Part shown: positions 1 to 11,942 of the stretch, piece after piece
Layout of the letters: each line of letters begins with the position of its first letter
How positions within the stretch are numbered: position 1 is the stretch's first letter
Source: Somniosus microcephalus
Taxonomy: Eukaryota
Assembly: GCA_052327205.1 (NCBI GenBank)
Contig: CM126226.1
Coordinates: forward strand, 1,426,001 to 1,490,000
Length of the DNA stretch: 64,000 nt
Direction: 5' to 3'
Notes under the pieces: generated by a model
Seen by the model: the letters and a program-made list of their open reading frames with translations, nothing else
Database searches by the model: none
What the model was told of the DNA's origin: nothing
Made by a program: the position numbers and the translations under genes

Positions 1-342
1 AGAGTATAGTTTGATGTTTGTTGTTGTCAAGGCTGGAAACGGGGGCAAGGGGGACCTTTTGATGTATCACCCCCAATGTTCGGTAACTATTGATGAACCC
101 GGAACTGCCACCAGGTGAACTCCTCACGACCTCAGCTCAATCGATTTAGATTGTTTTCAATTCCCATTTTGTGACACTGAAATAAATATTAAGAAAACCC
201 TTTGCCAGCATTTACCTTGTGGTTCCTTTCACTCACCTACTCTTTTTTAAGCTGTTTTCTCAGCTTCCTATTTTAACTATACTCTCTTCCACCTCCTCCA
301 ATCCTCTTCTGTTATTTAGTTTGAGATGAAATGTTGTAACGG

Positions 343-1905
343 CTCCCGGCTCCCGCTGCGCATTGACCTCCCGGCTCCCGCTGCGCATTGACCTCCCGGC
401 TCCCGCTGCGCATTGACCTCCCGGCTCCCGCTGCGCATTGACCTCCCGGCTCCCGCTGCGCATTGACCTCCCGGCTCCCGCTGCGCATTGACCTCCCGGC
501 TCCCGCTGCGCATTGACCTCCCGGCTCCCGCTGCGCATTGACCTCCCGGCTCCCGCTGCGCATTGACCTCCCGGCTCCCGCTGCGCATTGACCTCCCGGC
601 TCCCGCTGCGCATTGACCTCCCGGCTCCCGCTGCGCATTGACCTCCCGGCTCCCTCTGCGCATTGACCTCCCGGCTCCCTCTGCGCATTGACCTCCCGGC
701 TCCCGCTGCGCATTGACCTCCCGGCTCCCGCTGCGCATTGACCTCCCGGCTCCCGCTGCGCATTGACCTCCCGGCTCCCGCTGCGCATTGACCTCCCGGC
801 TCCCGCTGCGCATTGACCTCCCGGCTCCCGCTGCGCATTGACCTCCCGGCTCCCTCTGCGCATTGACCTCCCGGCTCCCGCTGCGCATTGGCCTCCCGGC
901 TCCCTCTGCGCATTGACCTCCCGGCTCCCTCTGCGCATTGACCTCCCGGCTCCCTCTGCGCATTGACCTCCCGGCTCCCGCTGCGCATTGACCTCCCGGC
1001 TCCCTCTGCGCATTGACCTCCCGGCTCCCGCTGCGCATTGACCTCCCGGCTCCCGCTGCGCATTGGCCTCCCGGCTCCCTCTGCGCATTGACCTCCCGGC
1101 TCCCTCTGCGCATTGACCTCCCGGCTCCCGCTGCGCATTGACCTCCCGGCTCCCGCTGCGCATTGACCTCCCGGCTCCCGCTGCGCATTGACCTCCCGGC
1201 TCCCTCTGCGCATTGACCTCCCGGCTCCCGCTGCGCATTGACCTCCCGGCTCCCGCTGCGCATTGACCTCCCGGCTCCCGCTGCGCATTGACCTCCCGGC
1301 TCCCTCTGCGCATTGACCTCCCGGCTCCCTCTGCGCATTGACCTCCCGGCTCCCTCTGCGCATTGACCTCCCGGCTCCCTCTGCGCATTGACCTCCCGGC
1401 TCCCTCTGCGCATTGACCTCCCGGCTCCCGCTGCGCATTGACCTCCCGGCTCCCGCTGCGCATTGACCTCCCGGCTCCCGCTGCGCATTGACCTCCCGGC
1501 TCCCGCTGCGCATTGACCTCCCGGCTCCCGTTGCGCATTGACCTCCCGGCTCCCGCTGCGCATTGACCTCCCGGCTCCCGCTGCGCATTGACCTCCCGGC
1601 TCCCTCTGCGCATTGACCTCCCGGCTCCCTCTGCGCATTGACCTCCCGGCTCCCTCTGCGCATTGACCTCCCGGCTCCCGCTGCGCATTGACCTCCCGGC
1701 TCCCTCTGCGCATTGGCCTCCCGGCTCCCGCTGCGCATTGACCTCCCGGCTCCCGCTGCGCATTGGCCTCCCGGCTCCCGCTGCGCATTGACCTCCCGGC
1801 TCCCGCTGCGCATTGACCTCCCGGCTCCCGCTGCGCATTGACCTCCCGGCTCCCGCTGCGCATTGACCTCCCGGCTCCCGCTGCGCATTGACCTCCCGGC
1901 TCCCT
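343..1905. repeat. GC/CpG-rich 25-bp minisatellite, about 62 copies (GGCTCCCGCTGCGCATTGACCTCCC)
   Basis: Unit read directly; only point variants (CCCG/CCCT, GAC/GGC). Explains the three overlapping 515-551 aa minus-strand ORFs. Confidence 0.98.
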
Positions 1906-2159
1906 TGTAGCTCAAAGCAGCTCACCGGCCAATCAGAAGCTTAGATTCAAAAAAGATTGATGTGGGAGCGACCAGACCAACATTTGTCTTGAAATTCACA
2001 TACAAACCGGAAGATGTTGCCCTCCTCGCCCAGGGCCCCGGCGAGAGATCCACCTACAGTTCTTAGATGAGTTCTAAGCAACTTTTACACTTTGTTCTGA
2101 TGTCTGTGAACAGGGTCCCGGTGTCTTGGCCAATATTTTATCCCTCAACCAACATCATT

Positions 2160-3225
2160 CAACAACAGCAACAACTTGCATTTATGTAGCGCTTCTAACA
2201 TAGTAAAATGTCCCACGGTGCTTCATAGGAGTGTTATCAAACAAAATTTGACACCAAGCCACATAAGGCGCTATTGAGACCTGCTTGGTCAAAGAGGTAG
2301 GTTTAAGAAGCATCTTAACAGAGGAGAGAGGGTAGAAAGAAGAGGAAAGAGGCGGAGGAGAGGTGGAGAGAGGGTTGAGAGGCGGCGAGAGGGTTGAGAG
2401 GCGGCGAGAGGGTTGAGAGGCGGAACAGAGGGTTGAGAGGTGGAGGAGAGGTGGCGAGAGGGTTGAGAGGCGGAACAGAGGTTTGAGAGGCGGAGGAGAG
2501 GCGGCGAGAGGGTTGAGAGGCAGAGAGAGGGTAGAGAGGCGGCGAGAGGGTAGAGAGGCGGGGAGAGGGAGGGAATTCCAGAGCTTGGGACTGAAGGCAC
2601 GGCCACCAGTGGTGGGGCGAAGGAAATTGGGAGTGCAGAGAGAAGGGTCGGAGGACTGGAGGAGGATACAGAGGTAGGGAGGAGCGAGGCCATGGAGGGA
2701 TTTGAACACAAGGATGAGAATTTTAAATTTGAGGCGTTGCTGGACTAGGAGGCGATGTAGGTCAGCGAGCACAGGGGTGACGGAAGAGCGGGACTTGGTG
2801 CGAGTTAAGATACACGGCAGTGTTTTAGATGAGTTCGAGTTTACAGAGGATGGAAGATGGGAAGCCGGCCAGGAGAGCGTTGGTCTCAAGTCTAGACAAA
2901 GGCATGGACGGAGACGGGCGATGTTACGGAGTTGGAAGTATGGAGTATTGATGATGGAGAGGATCATGGGGTCAGAAGTTCAGCCAAGGGTCAAATAGGA
3001 TGGCAAGGTTGCGAATGGTGTGGTTCAGCCTCAGATAGTGGCTGGGGAGAGGGATGGAATCTGTATCTAGGGAATGGAGTTTGCGGTGGGACCCGAATGC
3101 AGTTGCTTCGGTCTTCCCAAAATTTAATTGGAGGAAATTTCTGCTCATCTAATGCTGGATGTCGGACAAGCAGCGTGACCAATCCGAGGCAGTGAGTGTG
3201 GTGGTGGTGGTGAGGTGGAGCTAGT
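2160..3225 (-). mobile_element. L2-like LINE 3' fragment with an internal purine-rich tandem expansion (about 2325-2572)
   Basis: Minus-strand translation YFQLRNIARLRP...LKFKILILVFKSLHGLAPPYL is typical of the C-terminus of L2 ORF2; the (CAA)n-CTTGCATTTAT end is shared with copies at 8462, 17320, 29712 and 37220. Confidence 0.85.
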
Positions 3226-4623
3226 CCACCTCACATTGCTGTTTGTGGGAGCTCACTTGGAGTACATTGGCTGCCGCGTTTCCCACACTAACACTGCTTC
3301 AGAAATACATCATTGGCTGGGAAGTATTTTGGGACGTCCTGAGAATGTGACAGGCGCTCTATAAATGCAAGTTATTTCCTTTCTTTCTTTGATATTCCCG
3401 CAACTTTGCTGCTCGTGTCTTTCTCAGTGTACAGGTCACAGGGGTGGGGAGGTACTGCCGAAGTAACCCCGGTGAATTGCTGCAGAGCCGTCTATTTTTT
3501 TCATTTATTTTCTTCCTTTCCCTGCCGCAGATATTACTTTTCAAACCCCCGCGGGCCCCTCCCCCCACGCGCCCCTCCCCCCGCGGGCCCCTCCCCCACG
3601 AGCCCCTCCCTCAATATCCATTTCCTATTACAGATTTGCAAATTGTGTTTTTAAGTTGCTCTTTCCTCCTTCCCCTCCCTCAAGCCCGCTGTATTAAAAG
3701 AACTGAATGTCAGTCATTCACTGTAAAGACCAGAAAATCTTCCTCTGCTAAATTTACGCTGTAAATAGGCTTCATGCCGTTTACCAGCCAGTCGCGTGCA
3801 TCGTGTTTCTTTATGGCTGAACATTAACGGGAAATCGGCACAAGTTTGCTGCCACTGGCATAAAATCTGGAACTGGCTCCCCCTAAAGGCTGTGGATTCT
3901 GGGGGCTAATTGAAACTTTCAGGGCTGAGATCGATAGATATTTGTTGGGTAAGGTTATCGGGAATGGGTGCAAAGGCGGGAAAATGGGTTTGAGGTACAG
4001 ATCAGCCATGATCCAATTGATGGAACAGGCTCGAGGGGCTGAATGGCCGTCTCCTGTTCCTATGCATGAGTTGTGACTGGTTTACAATGTCCCACTCGGA
4101 GGTGGGAAGATTGATTCGAAGCCAAAATCAGAGTAAGTTAATTTTAGCTTAAGTGGAAACTGTCAGCTGCTGTGCAAACGGGATAATCCTGAATGGTCAG
4201 GGATTTTTGATTGATATTTGTAAAGGTAGCGATAATTCTGTTTGTCTTTGCTGTTATATAACTGTCATGAATGGGAAAACTATTAGTTTTTACTTGGATC
4301 TACAGATCAACTGAAATATATAAGAGCAGTTGTCTGATGTTTCTATTAACATTCAGCATGTGTTGATCGTGTTTGCTGGCTGACAGATCATGTTAAATTA
4401 TAGCCGCTGTATTGTTGACCTGGAACGCTTTGATCTACTCATCCTGGCTGACCACAGCAAGATGATCAGGCCGAATTCTCTGAATCTGCCGGGGTTTGCG
4501 TACCTTGCAGTTTCTTGTATGCACATGTTTGTGGTGGTGTTGGATTGACTCCGCGGAGCACCTCGCTGGGCGGCAGGATGATTTTGTAGGTGCTAAAGTA
4601 ACATGCAAAATTGCATTCATTAG

Positions 4624-4725
4624 AAAGACCCATCTTTGACTGAGGACCAACTGAGGAAGGATGCGGCCATCTGGGAACTCTTGGGCTCAACGTCATCTCT
4701 TCTTAGGGCTAAACGATCCTCCAAG
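4624..4725 (+). CDS. Putative non-canonical HSPG2 exon N1: KDPSLTEDQLRKDAAIWELLGSTSSLLRAKRSSK
   Basis: ttcattAG|...AAG|GTagca, 102 nt, phase 0/0, open; shares a motif with the next candidate exon. The acceptor is weak, so the 5' boundary is uncertain. Confidence 0.5.
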
Positions 4726-5212
4726 GTAGCAGTGAGACTGCATGGCACAGTGTGGAGCATGAATCTGATTGACTGGGTAGTGCAAGCAATTTGTACAGTA
4801 GATTTAACCTCGTCCAATCCATCAATCTAGTACACAAGATTATTTCAGTTATTGTAAGAACTGCATTTTCATAATTCTTTCTTTTACCTCACCGCAAAAA
4901 CAGTATAATAAAAGCAATATATACTAGATCGTGTCCAATTCACTGTATAGCGTGTGTTGGCCAGCTGTGCTGTAAATGGAGCACGGGAATGACGAGCTAA
5001 GCTGTTGATGAGGGCCTAATATTAATGTCTGTAGAGATTGGAGACCAGTGTGTGTCATACATGTAGCTTCGGTCTTGGTACAAGTGGTGTTCAGCTGCCA
5101 TATAATGTACATGCCATTACATGCACCGCTTCTACATGAAGTGAACTGTCTTAGCTTCCGACACCAATTATTCAAACAACTTCCCCAAGAGCTTGAGTAA
5201 CCAGGTGTTGTA

Positions 5213-5670
5213 GAATCACACAGCACAGAAGGAGGCCGTTCGGCCCACCGTGCCTGTGCCAGCTCTCTCTGAAAGAGCTCTCCAATGAGTGCCGCTCCCC
5301 TGCTCTTTCCCAATAACCCTGCAAATTTCTCCTTTTTAATTATGTCTAATTCCCTTTTGAAAGTTACTATTGAATCTGCTTCAACACCCTTTCAGGTAGT
5401 GTATTCCAGATCACAACAACTCGCTGAGCTTAAAAAATATTCTCCATCACCCCCCAGTTCATTTGCCAATTATCTGAAATCTGTGTCCTCTGGTTACTGA
5501 CCATCCTGCCAGTGGAAACCGTTTCTCCCTGTCTACTCTATCAAAATCCCTCCTAATTTTGAACACCTCTATTAAACCTCCCCGTAACCTTCTCTGCTAT
5601 AAGGAGAACAATCACAGCTTCTCCAGTCTTTAAATATGACTGAAGTCCCTCACCCCTGGGACCAATCTGG
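5213..5670 (-). mobile_element. CR1/HER1-type LINE 3' fragment
   Basis: Tail CACAGAAGGAGGCCGTTCGGCCC plus decayed ORF2 end, similar to other CR1 copies in the window. Confidence 0.75.
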
Positions 5671-6226
5671 TTGTTGGCTGTGGTGCTGGTGAATGGCGAT
5701 GATCTGCTGCCTTTATCTACCAGCATCCTTTAAGCAAAGGTCGAGCCAAAACCTAACTGGACCCAAAGCATCACAATTATCCTTCACGGTTGGATCTCAA
5801 AATGAAGCAGGGAAAGGGTATATTAGCGCACCAGTAACCCTCTTAATTGTTTCTACAGCATGGTTTGGTCGTCTTGAGTGGTATTTTTGGTCTTAACACG
5901 ATGATTAACATTTGGAATAATTTGGACATTTAACCCTGGGTAACAATCCTTCAAAGGAAAGCAGTGAAAGCTGGATACGATTATGGGATACACTGATGTG
6001 GATAAATAAATTCATGAAACTAACTATAGAGGAAGCACTTCAAAAGCAGAAGAAAATTTACAGAACTTTTTTGAAAACAAACTGCACGATTAATCTTCAT
6101 TGCCTGTGTTGTGATTTCATTTGATGTTTAATATTTAGTACATTAGTGATGTGGTAAGCTCGTGGCTGGATTGCAGTGGTGACGCTTTTTAATGTAGAGA
6201 TGACTTGTTCCTTCACTTCCTTGTAG

Positions 6227-6529
6227 TCTGTGCCTGATCTGGAAGAACAGAAGCGTGTAGATGACGAGATATGGGCAATTATAACTGGCTTTACTGCTGA
6301 GCAGTTGCGCGGACCACACAATGCCACCTCATCCGGTGGTAGGAATCTGCCCCAGCCATCCTATCCATTGTCTCGACTGGCCTCAGCAGGTCCTGCTGGA
6401 CCTCCTGCTCCCTCTGCCTCTCGCAATACATCATCTCATTCCATACCCTCCTCTTCCTCTTCAAGAACCACTACTTCCCGTTCTTCTCGCCCCTCATCTC
6501 TGCTTTCTCATCCCGGCCACCACACAAAG
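6227..6529 (+). CDS. Putative non-canonical HSPG2 exon N2: SVPDLEEQKRVDDEIWAIITGFTAEQLRG...Ser/Pro-rich...PGHHTK (101 aa)
   Basis: Strong acceptor ttgttccttcacttccttgtAG, donor AAG|GTatgg, 303 nt, phase 0/0, no stop, not repeat-derived. Confidence 0.7.
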
Positions 6530-7574
6530 GTATGGAAATCTCGCTTCAGTGGGAAATGTAATCATCCATTTCAGGCAAATCCTTGCATTTATGGGATTAG
6601 TAAAAAGCCAAGTAACAGTTTTTGCATTGGGTAAAATGCCCAAAACTGTAATTAAAACCTGTGCATCAGGCCGGTTTCCAAGCTATCATCGTGTGATGTT
6701 TTGTGTCGAGCATACTGTCGATGAGGGCTATCACAAGTGGCAAGTAGTTGAGGGTCAACTGTGATATTAGCAAGTCGGGGATTGTAAAGATCGGATTTCA
6801 CATGGTCTAGTGGCAAAGTGTGCTGATGGCTTATACAGTGCCCCAAAGTGTGTGTTTGTGATATTGCGTCAATTTATCAACCTCCGTGGGGTCACCAGGA
6901 GAAGATAGAAACGGATTGGAGATGCTTCCCACCGAGAGGGGAAGTGAGAAGATGCAGAACTGGGATAGTTTTACACAAAGGCCAAAGATCAGTTCAAGGG
7001 TGGCATGGGTAGATGCTCAAAAACTGGCCAACGGTTCTCCTGCCCTCTGTCAGGGAATAAGAACCTCAAGAGAAAGCACACGCTTAAAACTGAGGCCGAT
7101 GGGGAAGCAAGATGTAATGTTCCCTGTTGTTAGATATCCACTCTTGAGCCTGCCCAAAGGGAGGGGTTTGATTCATATTAAAGTTGCAGTACGCTGAATC
7201 TATCAGCAGTTCCCCTCCTCCCACAAAATCTTATTTAATTATTGAGCAATACAAATTTGATACACATGCAGGTCATCGCCGATACAGAATATGTGCTGCT
7301 TTGCACGTGGCATGGTATTTCCACATTGAGGATCCTGTGCAGCTCTTCACACTTTGGTAGAGCTTCCTATTGACAGGGCCAGGATAATAATTTACCAAGG
7401 GTGCTCTGGCCTCAGGTGAGAGAGGAAGAGGTCGGGCGCTCTAATTTCCCATTGAGTTGTGGTGACACCCTTGTGAAGGGGCGAGCATGATTCAGTGGTC
7501 AGCAGCTGAGGCTTGGCGTGGATGGCATTGGGTTTGTATGAAGGTGTCTGATGTCTCCTGGTGTTTTTCTAGTT

Positions 7575-7975
7575 CTCCTGAGAGCAGAGAAGGTTAAGGG
7601 GGAGATTTAATAGAGATGTTCAAAATTATGAAGGGTTTTGATCGAGTAAATAAGGAGAAACTGTTTCCAGTGGCAGAAGGCCCAGTAACCAGAGGACACA
7701 AATTTAAGGTAATTGGCAACGGGACCAGAGACGAGATGAGAATTCTTTTACACAGTGAGATGTGATCTGGAACGCGCTGCCTGAAAGGGTGGTGGAAGCA
7801 GGTTTAATAATAACTTTCAAAAGGGAATTGGATATATACTTGAAGAGGAAAAATTTGCAGTGGTTTGGGAGGGGGAAAGGGCAAGGAAGTGGACCTAATT
7901 GGATAGTTCTTTCAAAGAGCCAGCACAGACATGATGGGCCAAATGGCCTCCTTCTGTGCTGTATCATTCTATGGT
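7575..7975 (+). mobile_element. CR1/HER1-type LINE 3' fragment
   Basis: IWNALPERVVEAG...FKRELDIYL motif and GGGCCAAATGGCCTCCTTCTGTGCTGTA tail. Confidence 0.85.
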
Positions 7976-8461
7976 GAGGTTTATGTGTTCATTTCCTTCA
8001 GCGGGATAATGTACTGATACGTCCTAAATAAGAATTTCTGGTTTGTAAGCTGGGAGTTCTTTGTGTGTACCCAATTTCCTTTCCTTCTATTGTTGACGGC
8101 CATTTGTGCCTTAGTCAGCACAACAGGAAAAAGTTTGTCTTGGTCAAATTTTTATCAGTGATTTGCCAGGTTAATGCATGTTGCTGGTCATGGTGTTAGA
8201 CTCGAGCTGCAGCCTAGATTGAGACCTCAGATACAGCAGAGGACGGGCAAGTGTTGGATGACCAGTCCGTGGCATGACGAGCCTGATGCTCCCCAGGTGA
8301 CTGCCTTCAGTTGGGTTCATGAAACTTCTTATTTATACGTGCCATTGAATGAATCAGGGAAGGATCTCTTCACTGAGGGGCTGCAGATACGTCCATAGAT
8401 TTTTCCACCCTTTTTGGTTAGAGGAGGATTAGCCAAATACAAAGAAAGTCACTGTAAATAT

Positions 8462-10450
8462 TACAACAGCAATATAGCGCCTTTAACATAGTAAAACGTC
8501 CCAAGGTGCTTCACAGGAGTGTTATAAATCAGAACATTGATACCGAGCCACATAAGGAGAAATTAAGGCAGATGACCAAAAGCTTGGTCAAAGAGAGGTA
8601 GGTTTTAAGGAGGATAGAGAGGTAGCGAGGCGGAGAGGTTTAGGCAGGGAATTCAGGCTTAGGGCCCAGGCAACAGAAGGCACGGCCACCAAAGGTTGAG
8701 CGATTATAATCAGGGATACTCAAGAGGGCAGAATTAGAGGAGCGCAGATATCTCGGGGGTGGGGGGGGAATTGTTGTAGGGCTGGAGGAGATTACAGAGA
8801 TAGGGAGGGGTGAGGCCATGGAGGGATTTGAAAACAAGGATGGGAATTTTGAAATCAAGGCGTTGCTTAACCGGGAGCCAATGTAGGTCAGTGAGCACAG
8901 GGGTGATGGGTGAATGGGACTTGGCGCGAGTTAGGACATGGACAGCCGAGTTTTAGATGACCTCAAGTTTACGTAGGGTAGAATGTGGGAGGCCGGCCAG
9001 GAGTGCGCTGGAATAGTCAAGTCTAGAGGTAACAAAGACATGGATGAGGGTTTCAGCAGCGGATGAGCTGAGGCAGGGGCGGCGACGGGCGATGTTATGG
9101 AGGTGGAAATAGGTGGTCTTAGTTATGCCATGATTATGTGGTTGGAAGCTCATTTCAGGGTCAAATATGATGCCAAGGTTGCGAGCAGTCTGGTTCAGCC
9201 TCAGACAGATGTTGGGGAGAGGGATGCAGTCAGTGGCTCGGGAACAGAGTTTGTGGCGGGAACCAAAAACAATGGCTTCAGTCTTACCAATATTTAATTG
9301 GAGAAAATTTCTGTTCATCCAGAACTGGATGTCAAACAAGTAGTCTGACAATTGAGAGACCGTGGCGTGATTGAGAGAAGAGGTAGTGAGGTAGAGCTGG
9401 GTGTCGTCAGCGTACATGTGGAAACTGACGCTGTGTTTTTGGATGATGTCGCCAAGGGGCAGCAGGTAGATGAGAAATAGGAGGGGGCCAAGGATAGATC
9501 CTTGGGGGACACCAGAGGTAACGATGCGGGAAGAGAAGCCATTGTAGGTGATTCTCTGGCTACGATTAGATAGATAAGAATGGAACCAGACGAGTACAGT
9601 CCCACCCAGCTGGATGATGGTGGAGAGACGTTGGAGGAGGATGGAGTGGTCAATTGTGTCAAAGGCTGCAGACAGGTCGAGAAGGACAAGGAGGGATAGT
9701 TTACCTTTGTCACAGTCACAAAGGATGTCATTTGTGGCTTTGAGAGATGTTGTGGCAAAGGGCGGAAACCTGATTGGAGGAATTCAAACATGGAATTGCA
9801 GGAAAGAATGGCATGGATTTGGGAGACGACAACACGTTCAAGGACTTTGGAGAGGAAAGGGAGGTTGGAGATGGGGGCGATAGTTTGCAAGGACAGAGGG
9901 GTCACGGGTTGGTTTTTTGAGGAGAGAGGTGATGATGGCAGATTTGAAGGAGAGGGGGACAGTACCTGAGGATAGCGAACCATTAACAATGTCAGTTAAC
10001 ATGGGAACCAGAAAAGGAAGTTGGGTGGTCAGCAGTTTAGTGAGAATAGGGTCGAGGGAGCAGAAAGTGGGTCTCACGGACATGATGAGCGTGGAGAGGT
10101 CATGAGGGGAGATCAGGCAGAGCGAAACTGGAGAAAATAATGAGTTCAGGGCTAGGGCGGAGGGGAACCTTAGAGGAAGTTTGGGCTAGGGGAAGGAAGG
10201 GAAATGGCAGGGGCAGCTGATCGGATGGTCTCAATCTTAGAGACAAAGAAGTCCATGAGCTCCTCACGCTTGTTGTTGGAGGCGAGGGTGGGGGAGTCGG
10301 GAGAGGGTTTTAAGAAGACGGTTAGTAATGAAGAATAGAAGCCGGGGTTTATCTTTGCATTCCAGAATGATTCTGGAACAGTGAGCAGTTTTGGCAGACG
10401 AGAGCTGGGCCCGATAGTGCTTTATGTGGTCCAGCCAGATCTGGCGGTGA
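8462..10450 (-). mobile_element. L2-like LINE, 5'-truncated, frameshifted RT
   Basis: Fragments NYRP/ISNLPFLSKVLE, QSGFR, YADDTQLY, FLQLNIGKTE and SRLDY in the ORF track. Confidence 0.92.
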
Positions 10451-10907
10451 ATGTTAGGATTACATATGCCAGTGTAATTTTATCCTAATAGTTTTTGTAA
10501 TCAAAATTTTGCGAAAGCTTGATCACTTGAAATTTTGAATTGAAATCTAGCTATCAGCCTTGGGCCCCATGCTGGGCTCCTGGTGCGTGCGGAATGATGC
10601 AGGACACGAAGGCTCTGGGTCTACCTACTCGCCATCTTGAATATTTGCTTTCATCAGGCAGAGCAACATCTGTCTGGGGAGGGGGGGAAAGCCAGGTAGA
10701 TTTCTCCTACTTGTACTGGAAATTGGGCAGCTGCAGAGGATTTCATGTTGGGCCTCCCTCGTCCTATTGATTGTGGAACGTTCCTGCCCTGCCTCACACA
10801 CGAGTAATCACTTAGACAAGAGCAGCCACTGTGAAGGCTAGTGTAAGCGCTCCACTGTCTGAGTCATGATGGGAAGGGAGAAGGTTGGGAGTTTAAAAAC
10901 AATGTTA

Positions 10908-11637
10908 TGGCCCAGAAATTCGGGTTGGGGGCTTCCCGCGGGTGCAAGCCTCCGACCTGCACTTACCTTGCGTGCCGGCCGTTGAGCTGTAGGGCCCCGT
11001 GGAATTCTGATCCGGGGCCTAGTCCAGCTGCCGGCGCGCAGTGCTTGCGTATCCCAGGGGCGCAGTTAGTTCGATGTGGGCCATGGGGAGCCAATCGGAG
11101 CAGGGAATGCTCCATTCATAAGTCTGACAGGAAGTGCTGTCAAGACTTATAAATACTACGGCCCCAAAATAGCACTAAACCTTCAAATAATTTTTTTTTT
11201 AAATCACATTTTTTAAATAAACTATAAATTACATGAAATAACTATTTTAAACAATTTAAATTTTTGAAAAACTAATTTGATATTCTAATGGGGCTAAAAA
11301 TAAACTTACCTTGCTTTAAAGTATTTAAAAATAATAAACCTGTTGAAAAAATGTTTTAATTTTAATTAATTCACCACTTACCTTGTAAAAAGCAGGCCTT
11401 ACGTCTGCTTTTTACATTTCTAAATTCTGCAGACTTACGTTCCCGGAGAAACCTGTATTAAAAAAAAAACCTAAGTTTGATGCGCACGCGTTCGACCTCT
11501 GAACCCCTGCTTTCAGAGGAACGGAAGTGCCGGTTTCCCGCGCATGCGCAGTGCGTACAGGAAACCGGCACTTCCATCGGGCCTACGGGTGAGTACCCCG
11601 TGCGTACTCACCCGCGGAGACCCGAATTTCTGGGCCA
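10908..11637. mobile_element. MITE-like non-autonomous element with perfect 17-bp terminal inverted repeats
   Basis: TGGCCCAGAAATTCGGG...CCCGAATTTCTGGGCCA; GC-rich hairpin arms, AT-rich core; related copy at 31742-32505. Confidence 0.8.
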
Positions 11638-11751
11638 TTTAATGTCCATGGTGTTGTTCTCAGTTTAGATGTGGGGATTTGCATTTTTTTAAACCAGTTC
11701 CATTATAAATTGATGAAATTAAGTATTGATTTTCTCTGCATGTATGTACAG

Positions 11752-11850
11752 ATGAGAAAGATTCCTCGGGTCCCTTCGCTGCCAGCTCAGGACTCATCAA
11801 ACCTAATTTCTTCCTCCATGTTGGGCCCAAGGCCTGCTGGCCTTGAGAAG
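11752..11850 (+). CDS. Putative non-canonical HSPG2 exon N3: MRKIPRVPSLPAQDSSNLISSSMLGPRPAGLEK
   Basis: ttttctctgcatgtatgtacAG|...AAG|GTagcc, 99 nt, phase 0/0, open. Confidence 0.55.
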
Positions 11851-11942
11851 GTAGCCGTGGTTAGCTTGTGCATGGAATATTCTAGTATCTCCGTGACCTT
11901 GTGCATGTCTCCGATGTGAATGACTTCAGAAAGCTGCCTAAG

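Noticed and set aside
343-1905. CRISPR-like regular repeats (also 27360-29002 and 62516-64000)
   Set aside because: Units are contiguous with no unique spacers, no cas genes, and the context is a vertebrate intron.
260-1925. Three 515-551 aa minus-strand ORFs
   Set aside because: Artefact of a stop-free 25-bp unit read in all three frames.
8231-8296. Possible extra exon IQQRTGKCWMTSPWHDEPDAPQ ending CAG|GTgact
   Set aside because: No pyrimidine tract at the acceptor and no recognisable similarity.
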